Below, piece after piece: positions 38,922 through 51,129 of a stretch of 64,000 nucleotides of DNA. Every line of letters begins with the position of its first letter. Position 1 is the first letter of the stretch. Where the stretch lies: assembly GCA_964187785.1 (NCBI GenBank), contig OZ076418.1, forward strand, positions 61,070,001 to 61,134,000, written 5' to 3'. The position numbers and the translations under genes are program-made. Under the pieces are notes generated by a model. That model had not been told where the DNA came from. It saw nothing but the letters and a program-made list of their open reading frames with translations, and searched no databases. This DNA comes from Amphiscolops sp. MND2022 (taxonomy: Eukaryota).

Positions 38922-39939
38922 CTACAGCACACAACACAACAACTACACACGTCAACAATCAACAATGAATGCAATTGGTCGGTCAATATTTCATAAACTG
39001 TCATGTACATTTATACTAATATAACAGAAATAATAATATATCAACAGACTTCATTTTACCTCGTGGGGAGTTTTCTGATGAACCAACCCTGAAGTTAACA
39101 GCGCTCTATACGAGTCAAATAAGTACTACAAGCTGTCATGTCCCACGACACAGCAGGTACCATGCTGCAATGAATTAATTCGACCTCTGATTGTTTAAAA
39201 AACCTTAGAGGTTAATTAGGATTTTTTGAGGTCTGCCAAGCAGAAGGATGTGTGGGTTCGGGTCTCAACATCCATTCTTTCGCAAAACTCCCAAAAAATT
39301 GAAGGGGGACCCTTTGGGAATTTTTTCCGAAAAAAGGCTCGCAATGCCAAGAAAAACTGAAAGGGGGACCCTTTAGTCTCGTCCAGTATTGAATGTTACG
39401 CGGGAAACCTTTTTGGTTCAATTCCTAGGGCCAAAAGGTACAATTTCGCGCCTCAAAATTTTGTAGAACTTTTGGTAGAACTAGTTTGGACACTTCAGGT
39501 GTATCGAAAAAAAATCACTCAAGAAAAGCGCCGACTAAAAATGCATCCGCCTCCTCTCAATGGTTGATACTTGTTATTCGAAAGAAAGGTTGTGTGTTTC
39601 GACAAATCAACATCAATGATTAGCATTGACCTGGTTTTTCAGCCACTTTTCACGATTGGGTCTGGGACCGGCAGTATGCGTCGCATTTACAGGAGCAGGC
39701 CTTTTGTTTCCACAAATGAGTTGAAGAGTTAGACAGATTGACAGAGGCAAATGCTACCGCCAGAGTTTTGACACCGCTCATTAGCGGCCGCGCCAAATTT
39801 TCCCACGATTTTATTGTTAAACATACTTGAAGTTAAATTTCACTAGTTTGAAACACTTTCAGCAAAATGGCGATTTCGAAAAGAGACCCCTGCGGGGCAC
39901 AGTATTATTTCTGCTGTTAGGCTTTCATGTTCAACACAG

Positions 39940-40790
39940 AGGCGAAGCCGTGCTTCGCAAACACTTGCGAAAACTTTTCAAAAAACAGAAAATTGAGGAA
40001 TTTTTTCGAAAAAAAAATTTTTGATGAAGGTCTCCGGTAAGTCGCCGGAAACCTTGAGTAGTCCTTTATGCTCGCAAAACGTTTCGTTTCTAGTAAAAAT
40101 TGAGGGGGGCTTCGATGAAAACTAATTTTAAAAAATCGCATAGAAAAAACACCTGTCTTTGAAAAAAGATCGGATATAGAGTGCTGGGCCTGAGAAAACC
40201 TAATTTTAAGACAAAAACGACTAATTTTGAAAAATCTCGCAATGCCGAAAACTGTGAAAGGGGGCTCTTCGAGATTTGTTAACAGCCATTCTGTTTTTAA
40301 AAATATCAAAAACTGAAGGGACCCTTTGGAGACTTTGAAAAATTTTCGAAAAAAGGCGAATTTTTAACAGTCTCATAGTGTCGAAAAATCTGAAAGAGAC
40401 CCGACCCTTTGGGATTTTTTAACCTTCGTTCTGTTGCAAAATATCAAAAAAATTGAAAGGAGGACACTTTGAGGACATTAAAAGATTTCGAGAAAAGTCT
40501 CACAAAGCCGAAAAGGGTAGGCAGGTCTCAGTGCCGGAAAAGTGAGCTTTTGCTTCGGATTACTTTTAAAAAAAATAGCGCATACGCAGGGGTTCGAACA
40601 CGGACCCTCTGGGTTGAAAAAAATTAGCGCATACGCAGGGGTTCGAACCCGGAGCCTCTGGGTTGAAAAGCAGGCATCTTACCACTAGACCAAAAAAGTC
40701 TGAATTATGCGACTTGCGGTCTGAAATGAGAGAGTTGTCACCCGGAAAAAAAAATTCGCACGTTCCCATAACACTTGCTTATCGCAAGTG
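39940..40790 (-). mobile_element. HINE-like element with CACTTGCG subterminal repeats carrying a tRNA-like segment
   Basis: CACTTGCG at 39962 and CGCAAGTG at 40783; terminal hairpins; GGGACCC core; interrupts another repeat (compare 35745-35775). Confidence 0.5.
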
Positions 40791-41948
40791 TAATGATAGA
40801 AGCATATCTTAATCATTTATACAGCGCACAACTAATCATTCTACCAAATTATACCGCCTTTAATTCTTCTCGGACTGAGAAAATATAACCACTAAACGTA
40901 GAGGAATTTCGCATTCGCATTTGAATGCAGGCGAAGCTCTCGGCGAACGAATAAGTAACACTCGTTCGCTTTATTTCAATAACTCAGCATACGAATGCAT
41001 AATTACCACTCGCTCGTTCTATCGCACGAGAAACGAAATTTAAATCTCACGCCAAACAAAATATCTCAATTTTCCAGTAGGTACTCGGAATCACGACAAA
41101 AATTGAAGTGAAAAACAGTTGAATAATTCAGATTTCTAAATTATTCCTTTTATCTCAGAAGTAACAATTGCGGTTTAGCGAAAAAAGCGATGCTAGTCAA
41201 AACTCTAAGTGGTTTTTTGTTTGAGAAATGAATGTAAGAGTGAGTATAACTACGTTGGCAGTTTCTGTGTATACAAGCAGTGACAGCGTCAACGTTGCCA
41301 ATTATAAGTAGAAGTCGGAGGAGTTGCTATCCATAGCTTCGAAAATGAATATTTGGTCGAAAAATGAAGTTTCACTAGCAACCATTCAGAGTTTAGCCTT
41401 TAATTGATCATAAAATAGCGAAATAAATTGATTGACTCGGCCTTGCTCCTTCGCGCCACTGGCCAGGAAATGGCACGTCACTTCACTCCTGCACGCAGGG
41501 CACTATAGATGTGCCTTTGTAGATGATCAGGACTACGTTATAGCAATTTCTGCCAATTTTAGAACATGTAAAATCATGATGATTTCTAGCCAATAGAATT
41601 AGCTTTCGACATTGTGGGACCAAATATTCACTTTCGACGCTGTGAGACACCCCTGGTCGAAGGTAACAATTGAGGAGAAATTAGTTTCAATTTTGGTAAA
41701 TGTTTCACAACTCTTGAAGTAAAATAAAAATAGCAGTCAACTAGATTCGAAACAAAGCTGCTACTTCAATGGCCTTTCTGGTGTGACTGACGCAAATGAA
41801 CAGTTTCAAGTCGGCGCTCCGCATTAGGCTCAAAAAGCCCTGTCTCTCAAATATGCTAAACGGCTGGTTTAATGAAATTTCTAAAAAATCTCACTTTGCC
41901 GAAAACTACCCTTTGGGCCTAAAAAAGCTTTTAAAACTAAAAATGTCA

Positions 41949-42386
<438 letters not shown>

Positions 42387-42433
42387 CTAGCATCGAAACA
42401 AGTGAAAATTTCATTCAGATTCTACCATTGCTG

Positions 42434-42828
42434 GGCTCTTTTCTGATCCAAATCCCCCCACCACCAAAACATTTTGGAAAATTAGTGAAATTTTAACAAA
42501 AAGACTTTCATATCAACCAGAAATCTCAATTTTAAATTTATTTACAGGGTGACAGTTCGGAATTGAAATAAACTTTTAATTTTTTGCCTATGAAGTCACA
42601 CATTCCTGATAAAGAACTCAACAGCTTCCTGTTTAAGTCACAAAAAACAGTGAATACGAACATAATCACTGCCCAAATGCGTGGAAAATGTTTTGTTGAA
42701 ACAAAAAGCTATTCCAATAGACGTTAGCTTCCTGTTACGAAAGATTTTACTTCTGATTAAGCTAGTCTGAAATTTTTGAAGAAAGTTATTTTTTTAAAAT
42801 ATGGTGGTGGGGAAAACAGAAAAGAGCC
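42434..42828. mobile_element. MITE with GG-starting TIRs and 8-bp TSD (Merlin-like), unit 1
   Basis: TIR GGCTCTTTTCTG...CAGAAAAGAGCC; flanks CATTGCTG / CATTGCTA. Confidence 0.75.
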
Positions 42829-42856
42829 CATTGCTATAGTGCCCTGTAAAATTAGA

Positions 42857-43225
42857 GGCTCTTGTCAGTCAGCTCCCCACCAAATTTTATGAGACTAACT
42901 TTTTTCGAAAGTTTCATACTAATTAAGAAAGCCTAATTAAAAGTAAAACCTTCTTTCATAACAGGAAGATAACGTCTAATTAAAATTATAATTATGTTCA
43001 AATTAACTGTTTTTTTGTGACTCAAAACAGGAAGCTGTTGATTTCTTCACCAAGAAAGTGAAGGAAATAGTGTGAACAAAGTTTGTATCTCAATTCCAAA
43101 CTGTCACCCTGGAAATTATTTTAAAATTGAAGGTTTCTGGTTTGCATTCAAGTCTTTTTGTTATAACATTTTCACTAATTCTTCAAAAAACTTCGTGGTG
43201 GTGGTTTCGGTGACAGAAAAGAGCC
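42857..43225. mobile_element. Same MITE family, unit 2, inverted relative to unit 1
   Basis: TIR GGCTCTTGTCAG...CAGAAAAGAGCC; flanks AAATTAGA / AAATTCGA; related copy at about 4775-5052. Confidence 0.75.
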
Positions 43226-43326
43226 AAATTCGACGTTAAATAATTCGACCGTAGAAATGACGGTAGTGTTTCCGTAGAACTTTCGATTCTAAACAAACAA
43301 TAAATAATTCGAGAGGCGGCAATTCC

Positions 43327-43501
43327 CTGAAAGCGGCCTTGTCCAGGTTGGGGAAGTTGCGGTTCAAGTCGACGTTGTTGGCGTTGGCGCGGCCCTTGAG
43401 CCAGTCGTTGTGGTTGGCCACTTGGTAGCCATCGGGGTTCATGCTGAACAGCAGATGAATTCGAGTCGAGTCCACCAGCTCGGTCGCCGTTTCGTTCACG
43501 C
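43327..43501 (-). CDS. M14B carboxypeptidase exon (SMNPDG, GRANANNVDLNRNFP); donor non-canonical
   Basis: Acceptor tttgaacag; 175 nt, phase 1-2 if it ends at TTC AG|GGAATT; the 3' boundary is inferred from collinearity with CPE-type enzymes. Confidence 0.85.
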
Positions 43502-44639
43502 CTGTTCAAACAACAACGCCTCCTCTTTACTATACATGTATGTACCTTTCCCATCTGAATTTCGCCGCCGAAATGAATGTCAATTCCGCCTGAACAAAAT
43601 GGAAAATCGCCAACGTGCAACTCAACTTTGCCAAAAAGAGAATCAATTTGGCATGAACAAAAATTCATTTCCGCCATAGCCAAACTCAATTTCAACACAG
43701 TTTCACACTCTAATTTGGCAAAAGTCATTTTCTTTTTGGCAAAATTCAGTTTCATATTGGCGATTTTTCACGAAAGCGAAATGGAAATTCGTTCACGCGA
43801 TCTTAATTTTCATCTTGGCAAAGTTCAATTTCATTTTGGCGAAAATGATATGCAAAAGGTATAGTGTATTTGTTGTGGATACGAATTTCAATTTCAAATT
43901 TAAGAATTCAAAGTTTTAAAAAAATCACAAATTTTGCATTATTTCCGATTGTGATTCAAAAAGGTAGTTTTTTCCACAAAACTGAAAAGGAAAAGAGTAA
44001 TGTTGGAATCATACTTTACAGGAAAAGTGCACGAAAATCAAAAAACAAAAGTAATTTTTCGTTCATTCATACTTCAAATGGAATTTAATGTATTTCTGTT
44101 GGTTTGATAATTGCTATAGTTTTTTTAGCAAACTTTTTTATTATTTTTCTTTTGAAACATTTTTGAGAGCTACTTTGTTGGAGTGTATATTTCATTGATA
44201 TTTATTCATTCTTCTCCAAAACTCAGAATGGAGTTGAAATAGAGACGAAAGAAGCTCTCCATAAACCAGCACGAAATGGTTAATTTTAACTGAGCGTCCG
44301 ATGCAGAGTTGATTGGTCAGTTTGAGAGCCAAGATGAGAAAGGAGAAATATTTAGGCATGAATAATAAATACCGTAGTTCGGAAAACACCTTACTTAAGA
44401 ATTTCACCGCAAAATGATAAGAGAATGCGAAATCTATAATTTTTATAACTCCGTAAAAATAATGTTCGACGAAATTACAACTGTTTTTGGCTGTTCATTT
44501 TTGAAGAATTTTTTACTTGACTTCAAAACTTTCCAAAATTATGAACAATACTGGTTTGGTGAAGAAACGTGACTTGAATGCAATAACGTGGAATTGGAAA
44601 GAGTGAACAAAATGAAACAAGTATTCATTTCTACAGCAC

Positions 44640-44926
44640 CAAAATTTTTTAGTCTCACAATGCCGAAAAAATTGAAAGGGGACCCTTTGGGAGAGTTTTT
44701 TTCCAAAAAAATCTCGCAATGCCAAAACTGAAAGGGGGGACCATTTAGTCTCATCCGGTATTGTATGGTATTGTATTGTTCAGTTCCCTGGGCCAACAGG
44801 TACAATTTAAAATTTTGTAGAACTTTTGGTAGAACTATTTTGGTCACTTCATGTGTATCGAAAAACACAGACGAAAAGCCACGACTATACTCGACTCTTT
44901 TCTCTCGAAAAGCGCCGACTAAAAAA
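44640..44926 (-). mobile_element. DINE-1/HINE-like element copy
   Basis: GGGGACCC cores and GAAAAGCGCCGACTAAAAAA end; similar partial copies at about 39200-39541, 41805-42050 and 45470-45541. Confidence 0.5.
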
Positions 44927-45595
44927 GAAGTTGACGGAAGTTCGAATAAACGGCGTAAAAGAGTAGTTCTTGAATGAGTCTTTGAAGCACGAGCGAATTA
45001 TTTCACTTTCGAGTGCCGAATGACAAAAGAAACGTGAACATAAGTCACGAGGGATCAAAAAACTCATGCAAGAACTGATTTAGTCAACGTGAATTCTTTT
45101 TCACCGCGTCACCACTTTCGTTGTTTCAACGTTTTCACATCTCAACAATGTCAATTCAAGATTGTTCCATGCTAGCTGATTCGAGTATTGAAAAGTCTTT
45201 TCTGAAATTTTTATGTTTTCCTAATTTCATTGATGCACGCAGTAACCTTAATCCGAAATTTTCACATGTTTCGTTTATTGAACCGTTGTCACGATTTCGT
45301 TCATGCATATGCCATTGAAGTGTAGCAGTTGACTAAGACACCTGTTCATGTCAAAACTTTCTAACTGCGAACTCTAAATTTTCTAAAATTTCATTCACCT
45401 CTATTTTGCTCTCTTCTAAATTTGTTCACTGAAGTTAGGGGAAGCAACAGCTTATGAAGCTTATAAAATCTGTCTTTTCGATGGTCTTTAAAAAAGCCAG
45501 TGCCATAGTCTGCGTTTTCTACGAAAAGCGCCGACTAAAAAGGAAGTTGAAGGGAGTTTGAATAAAGTAAAGGGCGTGAATAAATAATATCATAC

Positions 45596-45763
45596 CGTAG
45601 TTGGTGAGGAGCCAGTAGGCGAGGTTGATGAGAAGTTCGCGGCCGACCACCTCGTTGCCATGCATGTTGGCCACGTACTTGAACTCGGGCTCCTTCAACT
45701 CGTGCTTCTCCGGGTGGTCCGAGATGACCAACACCAGCAAAGGCCTTCCTTCCACCGACTCAC
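45596..45763 (-). CDS. M14B carboxypeptidase exon with HxxE zinc motif (first exon found)
   Basis: Acceptor ggcaacag, donor GTATGA; 168 nt, phase 1-1; [17 protein letters not shown]...[21 protein letters not shown]. Confidence 0.93.
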
Positions 45764-47799
45764 CTGTTGCCGCCAATCAAAACATCACACATTAAACAAG
45801 AGCGCAGTCTAAGGCAGGGTTACCGAAAATATTATTTTGATAATATTTCAGACAAAAATACAATTATTTCATTTCTATTCTCAAAAATAAATAATTGCAA
45901 AACATTTGTTCCGAAAATGAAAAACTTTGCAATAATTGCAAAAAATTTACAATATAAATTTACAATTAGATGAGTTCTGGAACAGTTTCTGCTGACCAGA
46001 GTTCCCTGTTATAATGGAGAAATTGAATGGCCTCCATATGCAGCGGTGAGAATGCATGTCGCAAATGAGTTTGTGTCAACAGACTACGACTGAAGCCACG
46101 ATCGCAGATAGAAACCAGCACTTGAAACAATACCGTATAAAATGCGACGCAATTCTATTGGCTGACGACGCAATTCGATATAGCAGAGTTATTTTGGCGG
46201 TTAAATAAACTATTTGTATTTTGAGTTTCGTAAATTAATTATTTTATTCCATCATTTCGAAAATAAATCATCATCGATTTATTGCAGTTATTTTCGTTGG
46301 AATAATTTTTTCGGTAAGCCTGGGCTAATGCGCAATAAGTAAAGTTAATTTTTCCATATGCATTAAACATTATAAAGTATAATAAATACAAGTCAAACAA
46401 ATGAACATTCAAAACGGACGAGGAACGAGCGTAATCGCTCTTCAAGTCTTCGCCCTCAAGAACCAATTTTAAACACTTTCATTCATTTATTCAAAAAATT
46501 TTTGAAGTATGAATAAATACACAATTAAACCATGTTGGCCATCAAACATGAGTAGCCAGTCTAAGGCGCAATGAAACTTGCAATTACCAATTGAAACAGA
46601 TGGGCTGCATAACAACCAAAGTAAAGTAAGATTGGCGCTACTGAAAAGCTGTCTTTTGTGATTCCGGGAGTATCCGTTCACTCGAACGATAACTTGAAAT
46701 CATCGATTCCGCGATCGGTGCAATAGTGGAAGAGGAAAGACTGTTTTAGTGGCACCACAGCAGAGTATCCCTTGACGTGCATTGATTTGCCAGATTTCCA
46801 TTTTACGACGAGCAATGTCTAACGTTGTGACATTAACCCTAATTGACCAAAACAGTTCAATTCTTCAAAGGCAAACAGTCAGAGTGTAAACCCCAAGATG
46901 GTCTTTTTGCGCAAGCGAATAAAGTTTAGCGAACAGACATGTCACTGAAGGATCGTACTGAGACTAACTGAACAATACTTGCTGGAACAACTACATTTCT
47001 TCCTGGATCATTCATAGTTGTGGACAAATTTTTTAAACGTGGCTTATAACGTTTTGCGAAAAGCCTTAACAGAGAGCAATTAGATTCTATCTTGAACAAA
47101 CGAGATTGCTTGACAGAATAATGGAAACAATCGGCGTCTACACGACCAGTTAAACAACTTTCACAAAACATCAGAGTATTGTAGATCCTCCTGGCACATG
47201 AAAAACGTTTGTAACGTTGGAATCATTACCTTGTGCGAAGGGTATGTGATTGGTTTTTTCTATTGATAAAAGTCTTGAGAAAAATGGATTTCGTCAAAAA
47301 CTGAATTTTGGAAAATTAAAACTTTTGTGCAAAAAAAACACACATTTTTCTCAGCTTTGGAGACACATTCACTTTTCTAATGCTTGGACCTTTCAAATCA
47401 ATCTAGGTACCAATGAATTGTTTAAAAAAACTGTGCTAGAGAATATGGGCTACTGGCAGAAGCAATCCGAAAGTGAAAAATAGGTAGGCTGCTTCAAAGT
47501 ACCACTAGATTCATTAGGGTTAATGCAGTAATTTGTAAATTCAACTCCACTTTCCAAGCTTTTCAATATTTATTTATATGGGACCGTTAGTGACACAGCA
47601 AGGAGGCTCTGCAGCTTGCAGTGCATACGACAACCTCTTCAACCCACTTTTTCCTACTCGCCCTCCTTTTAACACAGACAGGATACTTTCGTATTTCTCC
47701 CAACATGAAAATTGGTGTCAGTGTGCACGGTCCTTTTTTTTATTTGAAAGAAGTTGAGAATACTGAGTGATCTTCGAGAAGTGTGAGCCCGTCGGGGAC

Positions 47800-48466
47800 C
47801 TCCGTAAAAAGACTAGACCAAAACGACTCAAAACCAGGATGTCTGGAAATCGGCTGTTCAATAGAATGAACTTTTGCTAACTTTGTTCAACAGAACTGGA
47901 TGACAAAATGGCCATTTGCAGAGAATGGTTACTTTAATTCCAAAATGAGACAAAAATTCAGACCAAAAACCAAATCATCATACATGGGAAAACTAATAGA
48001 ACGCATGATGAAAAACCGTATCACAGACCATTTGCAAGAAAACAATTTGGAACTTTAGTCAAGAAGGGTTCAGGAAAACCAGATCAACTGGAAGGTACAT
48101 CACAGACCTGGTTCCAAATATTCAAGATTGTTGGGCAAGCAATAGTGTCCCTGTAGCGCTAGTGATCGATTTGGAGAAAGCATTCGACGTTGTGTGGTTT
48201 AACGGCTTGGAATTGATGGCAACATTTGAAGCCTAATCAAAAACGTTCTTGAACGCAAACTTCTCATTCGAATTGAAGGTTTTAAAAGTGCAGAATTCAA
48301 CTCAATTCAAGGCCTGCAATAAGGGTCAGATCTCATCTGTCCGAGGGATCGTGAAAAGTTTCAAAACTCTCAGCTTTGGCCCAAGATCGTAAGCCTGTAT
48401 ACTTGTTGGCTGTACCATCCAAAGAAGGATCTATTGGGAAAAATCGGCAATCTCATGCCCTTTGAC
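47800..48466 (+). mobile_element. LINE ORF2 (RT) remnant, same group as the 53-58 kb fragments
   Basis: QEGFRKTRST, VIDLEKAFDVVW and KFQNSQLWPKIVSL...YHPKKDLLGKIGNLMPFD. Confidence 0.7.
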
Positions 48467-48469
48467 AAT

Positions 48470-49300
48470 AGAATTGAAACACTAAAAAATTTCGTTGCGA
48501 TAACTATACATAAAGCAATGGGAGAAACCATTGGAAAAGTGATTACAAAAACAAGTTCAAGTCAAAGAGAATACTGTTTCTGGCAACGAGAACAACTATA
48601 CGTTATTGTTAGTCGTGTTAGAAAGTTGGAAGATATTACGTTTGTTGGTGATAAAGAAGAAACCTTGACATGTTTGTTGCTTACTTCAGAAAAATAACCA
48701 GTGGGCGAACTACTGTGACGCAATTATAAATTCAGCAGCAAATTGTTCTACTGTTACAGTTCCCCTGACACATGTGTCTCCTTTTAGACCGTCAAAGATT
48801 GAAGTGCCTGGTGAAGACGTTGGTTTTGTTTACCAATTAGTTAGTTTGAAAAAGACAGATGCTACTTTTATTGGGAATTGTCGAAATATGCGGAAAACCC
48901 TCTTCGAACACAATTCAATCTCAGAAAGTTTGCAATAATTTTATTGAAAACAATTCAGGATACATTATTCCCAAATATAATTTTTTCCTAATTAGTGTAC
49001 AAATGATATTTTTCCAATGATATATAAATCAAATATAGAGAAAATTACCAAACATTTGTGTTATTAGGGATAAAAATAACCAACATTATGAATAACTATC
49101 ATACCTGTTTTACAAATTGCAAACTTGGATATAAAAGATGACATTGAAACAGACCAAACAATGATGCCATGGGCGATTTTTGCTTTCGCTTGTGGATTCA
49201 ATGAAGATCCCCAAATCAATCATAAACAGAGAAAAGATGGCTGAAAAAATACATAAGTGTACAAAACTGCGGAGAAACAATACTTTCCACAAGACGTCTT
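48470..49300 (+). pseudogene. Pif1-type helicase C-terminus fused to SLX1-like GIY-YIG nuclease (Helitron-like element remnant)
   Basis: AITIHKAMGETI (motif V) and QLYVIVSRVR (motif VI); after a frameshift near 48670, GFVYQLVSL...TFIGNCRNMRKTLFEHNS; after about 200 bp of AT-rich sequence, PWAIFAFACGF. Confidence 0.7.
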
Positions 49301-50315
49301 AGAAATAGTCCAACAAGGAATCGAGTTTAAAATGTGAAATAAAAGACCTACGTCTTGTAATTTGTGGAAAATTCTTTTAATCTAGTATGAGTGAGTTAGT
49401 TATAATGCAAAATTTTGATTCCCTTTTAAATTATTGCTAACAGATGTAAAAATTCTTTATTATTTGTGCACATTGAGTTTGTTACCAGTAAACTTATTTC
49501 TGCACATCAAGATATCATTTTAATCTGAATTAAGACATATCAATATTGTTTTAATGAAAACATTTTGAATTCAATTTTTCTAAATACATTATTACAGTGT
49601 TCAAAAATTTGTTTGCAAAAATATCATAGTTAAAATAATCAACGTTAGATAGATATTACTTGTTAAACGTATGATATAGATTGTGAGCATTGTTTTGGTA
49701 CGCCTAAACAATGCTCACATTCAAAAAATTGAATGCGAACTTTTTTCATTTTATTGATTTAAATAATAATGATAAGAAATTTTAATATTATGGAAATGAC
49801 TTTAATATTACCAAGTAAAGCATCTTTCATATTAATTGTTTTCAAAATTAGTGAAAAAAAATTCCGATATAAAATTTTTAAATCACATATTTGAAAGTAG
49901 GAGACAAAGCAGAATTTTTCATTTCTTGTAAAATAAAGTAATTCTTAAACACATTTGTGATTTAATACAAAAATCAATAAAATGTAATACAAATGATAAA
50001 AACTATTTGAACTTATTTTTATTAGTTTATTTATTGTTTTATAGGACTCATATTCACAATTGAAAAAAGGGATGAAAAATCCTAATGTTCAATGGAAATT
50101 GATATTTAAATATATGATATAAAAGAATCTAAAAGAAAAATAATCATAAACTATTTTATTTCCCAGCGATATAATTTCTTTTTACTTCATGTTAATACTA
50201 ATAAGACAAAAAAACTTCTATTTGTTTCAGTGACCGAATCATAACTGTGTATCATTTGGTTACATTATGGAACAATTATTCGAGATGGCTACAACTTCCT
50301 TCTTCTTCAGATTAA

Positions 50316-50900
50316 ATGTCTGAATTCGAAACAAATAAAACAGCCGAAAAAGTGCTAGCAAAAGAGGTAGAGAAAAGAGGAGAAGATGATATGTTTCTGA
50401 CTGTCGTGCTAAAATCAAAGAGTTCCAAAACGGAAAAAGATTTCAATAATAAAAGAGAATGTTACGAGTACGCAGAAAATTTATTGAGACAAATGCAATT
50501 ATCAGCAGCTAAAGCTACTGTGAATGGATACAAACAAGTCTGGATTCATTTAAATTTCCAGATCATGAAGGTTAAAAGAAATTCTTTGTTTTTAAAATTA
50601 AAAAAAATGGTAAAATACATTTATAATTTCAAGGATGCAAGATTCTGCAAGAAGTGGTTGAGTGATAGTCCGGAAGTAAAAAAAAACTACCTTGTTTATG
50701 CAACCAATTTTCGAAAAAAACCAAGTATCATTCATCACAGTTGTAACCAAGCTTGAATAAAAGATCCCCACTTTATTGATCCCATCCAAAGTCATGCCAA
50801 GCCTACACGACAATACACAGCAAAAGATTTAACTTCTCGTAATGGGAAGATCAACTATGATACCTTCATAAAGAAGAGACCCGATGATTTCAACAAATAA
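50316..50900 (+). pseudogene. Unknown small gene with a probable 63-nt in-frame intron (50571-50633) and one premature TGA
   Basis: AAG|GTTAAA...TTTCAAG|GAT intron; the frame continues 47 codons past TGA 50754-50756 to TAATAA at 50898-50903. Confidence 0.4.
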
Positions 50901-51129
50901 TAATTGTAACAAAGTATCGTTCCCAATTTTCAAATTCTTTACTTTAATCAAATTAAACTTTTATTTAAAATGAAGTTTGTCTCAGAAAAAAGATTAGCAG
51001 AGAGTAATAAGATCATAACAATTTTTATAATAAAAATCTGGGAAATTACATTGGGAATTTTCATGTATTTTTCACGATGTGGAGAGTTGGTCGTACATCG
51101 CTGAGGCCGTGTATCTCTGGACGCGCGGC

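Noticed and set aside
45966-46140. Minus-strand MEAIQFLHYNREL... as the missing carboxypeptidase N-terminal exon
   Set aside because: Only superficial similarity; it hits a stop without a phase-1 donor and lacks the expected ...RLYSI ending.
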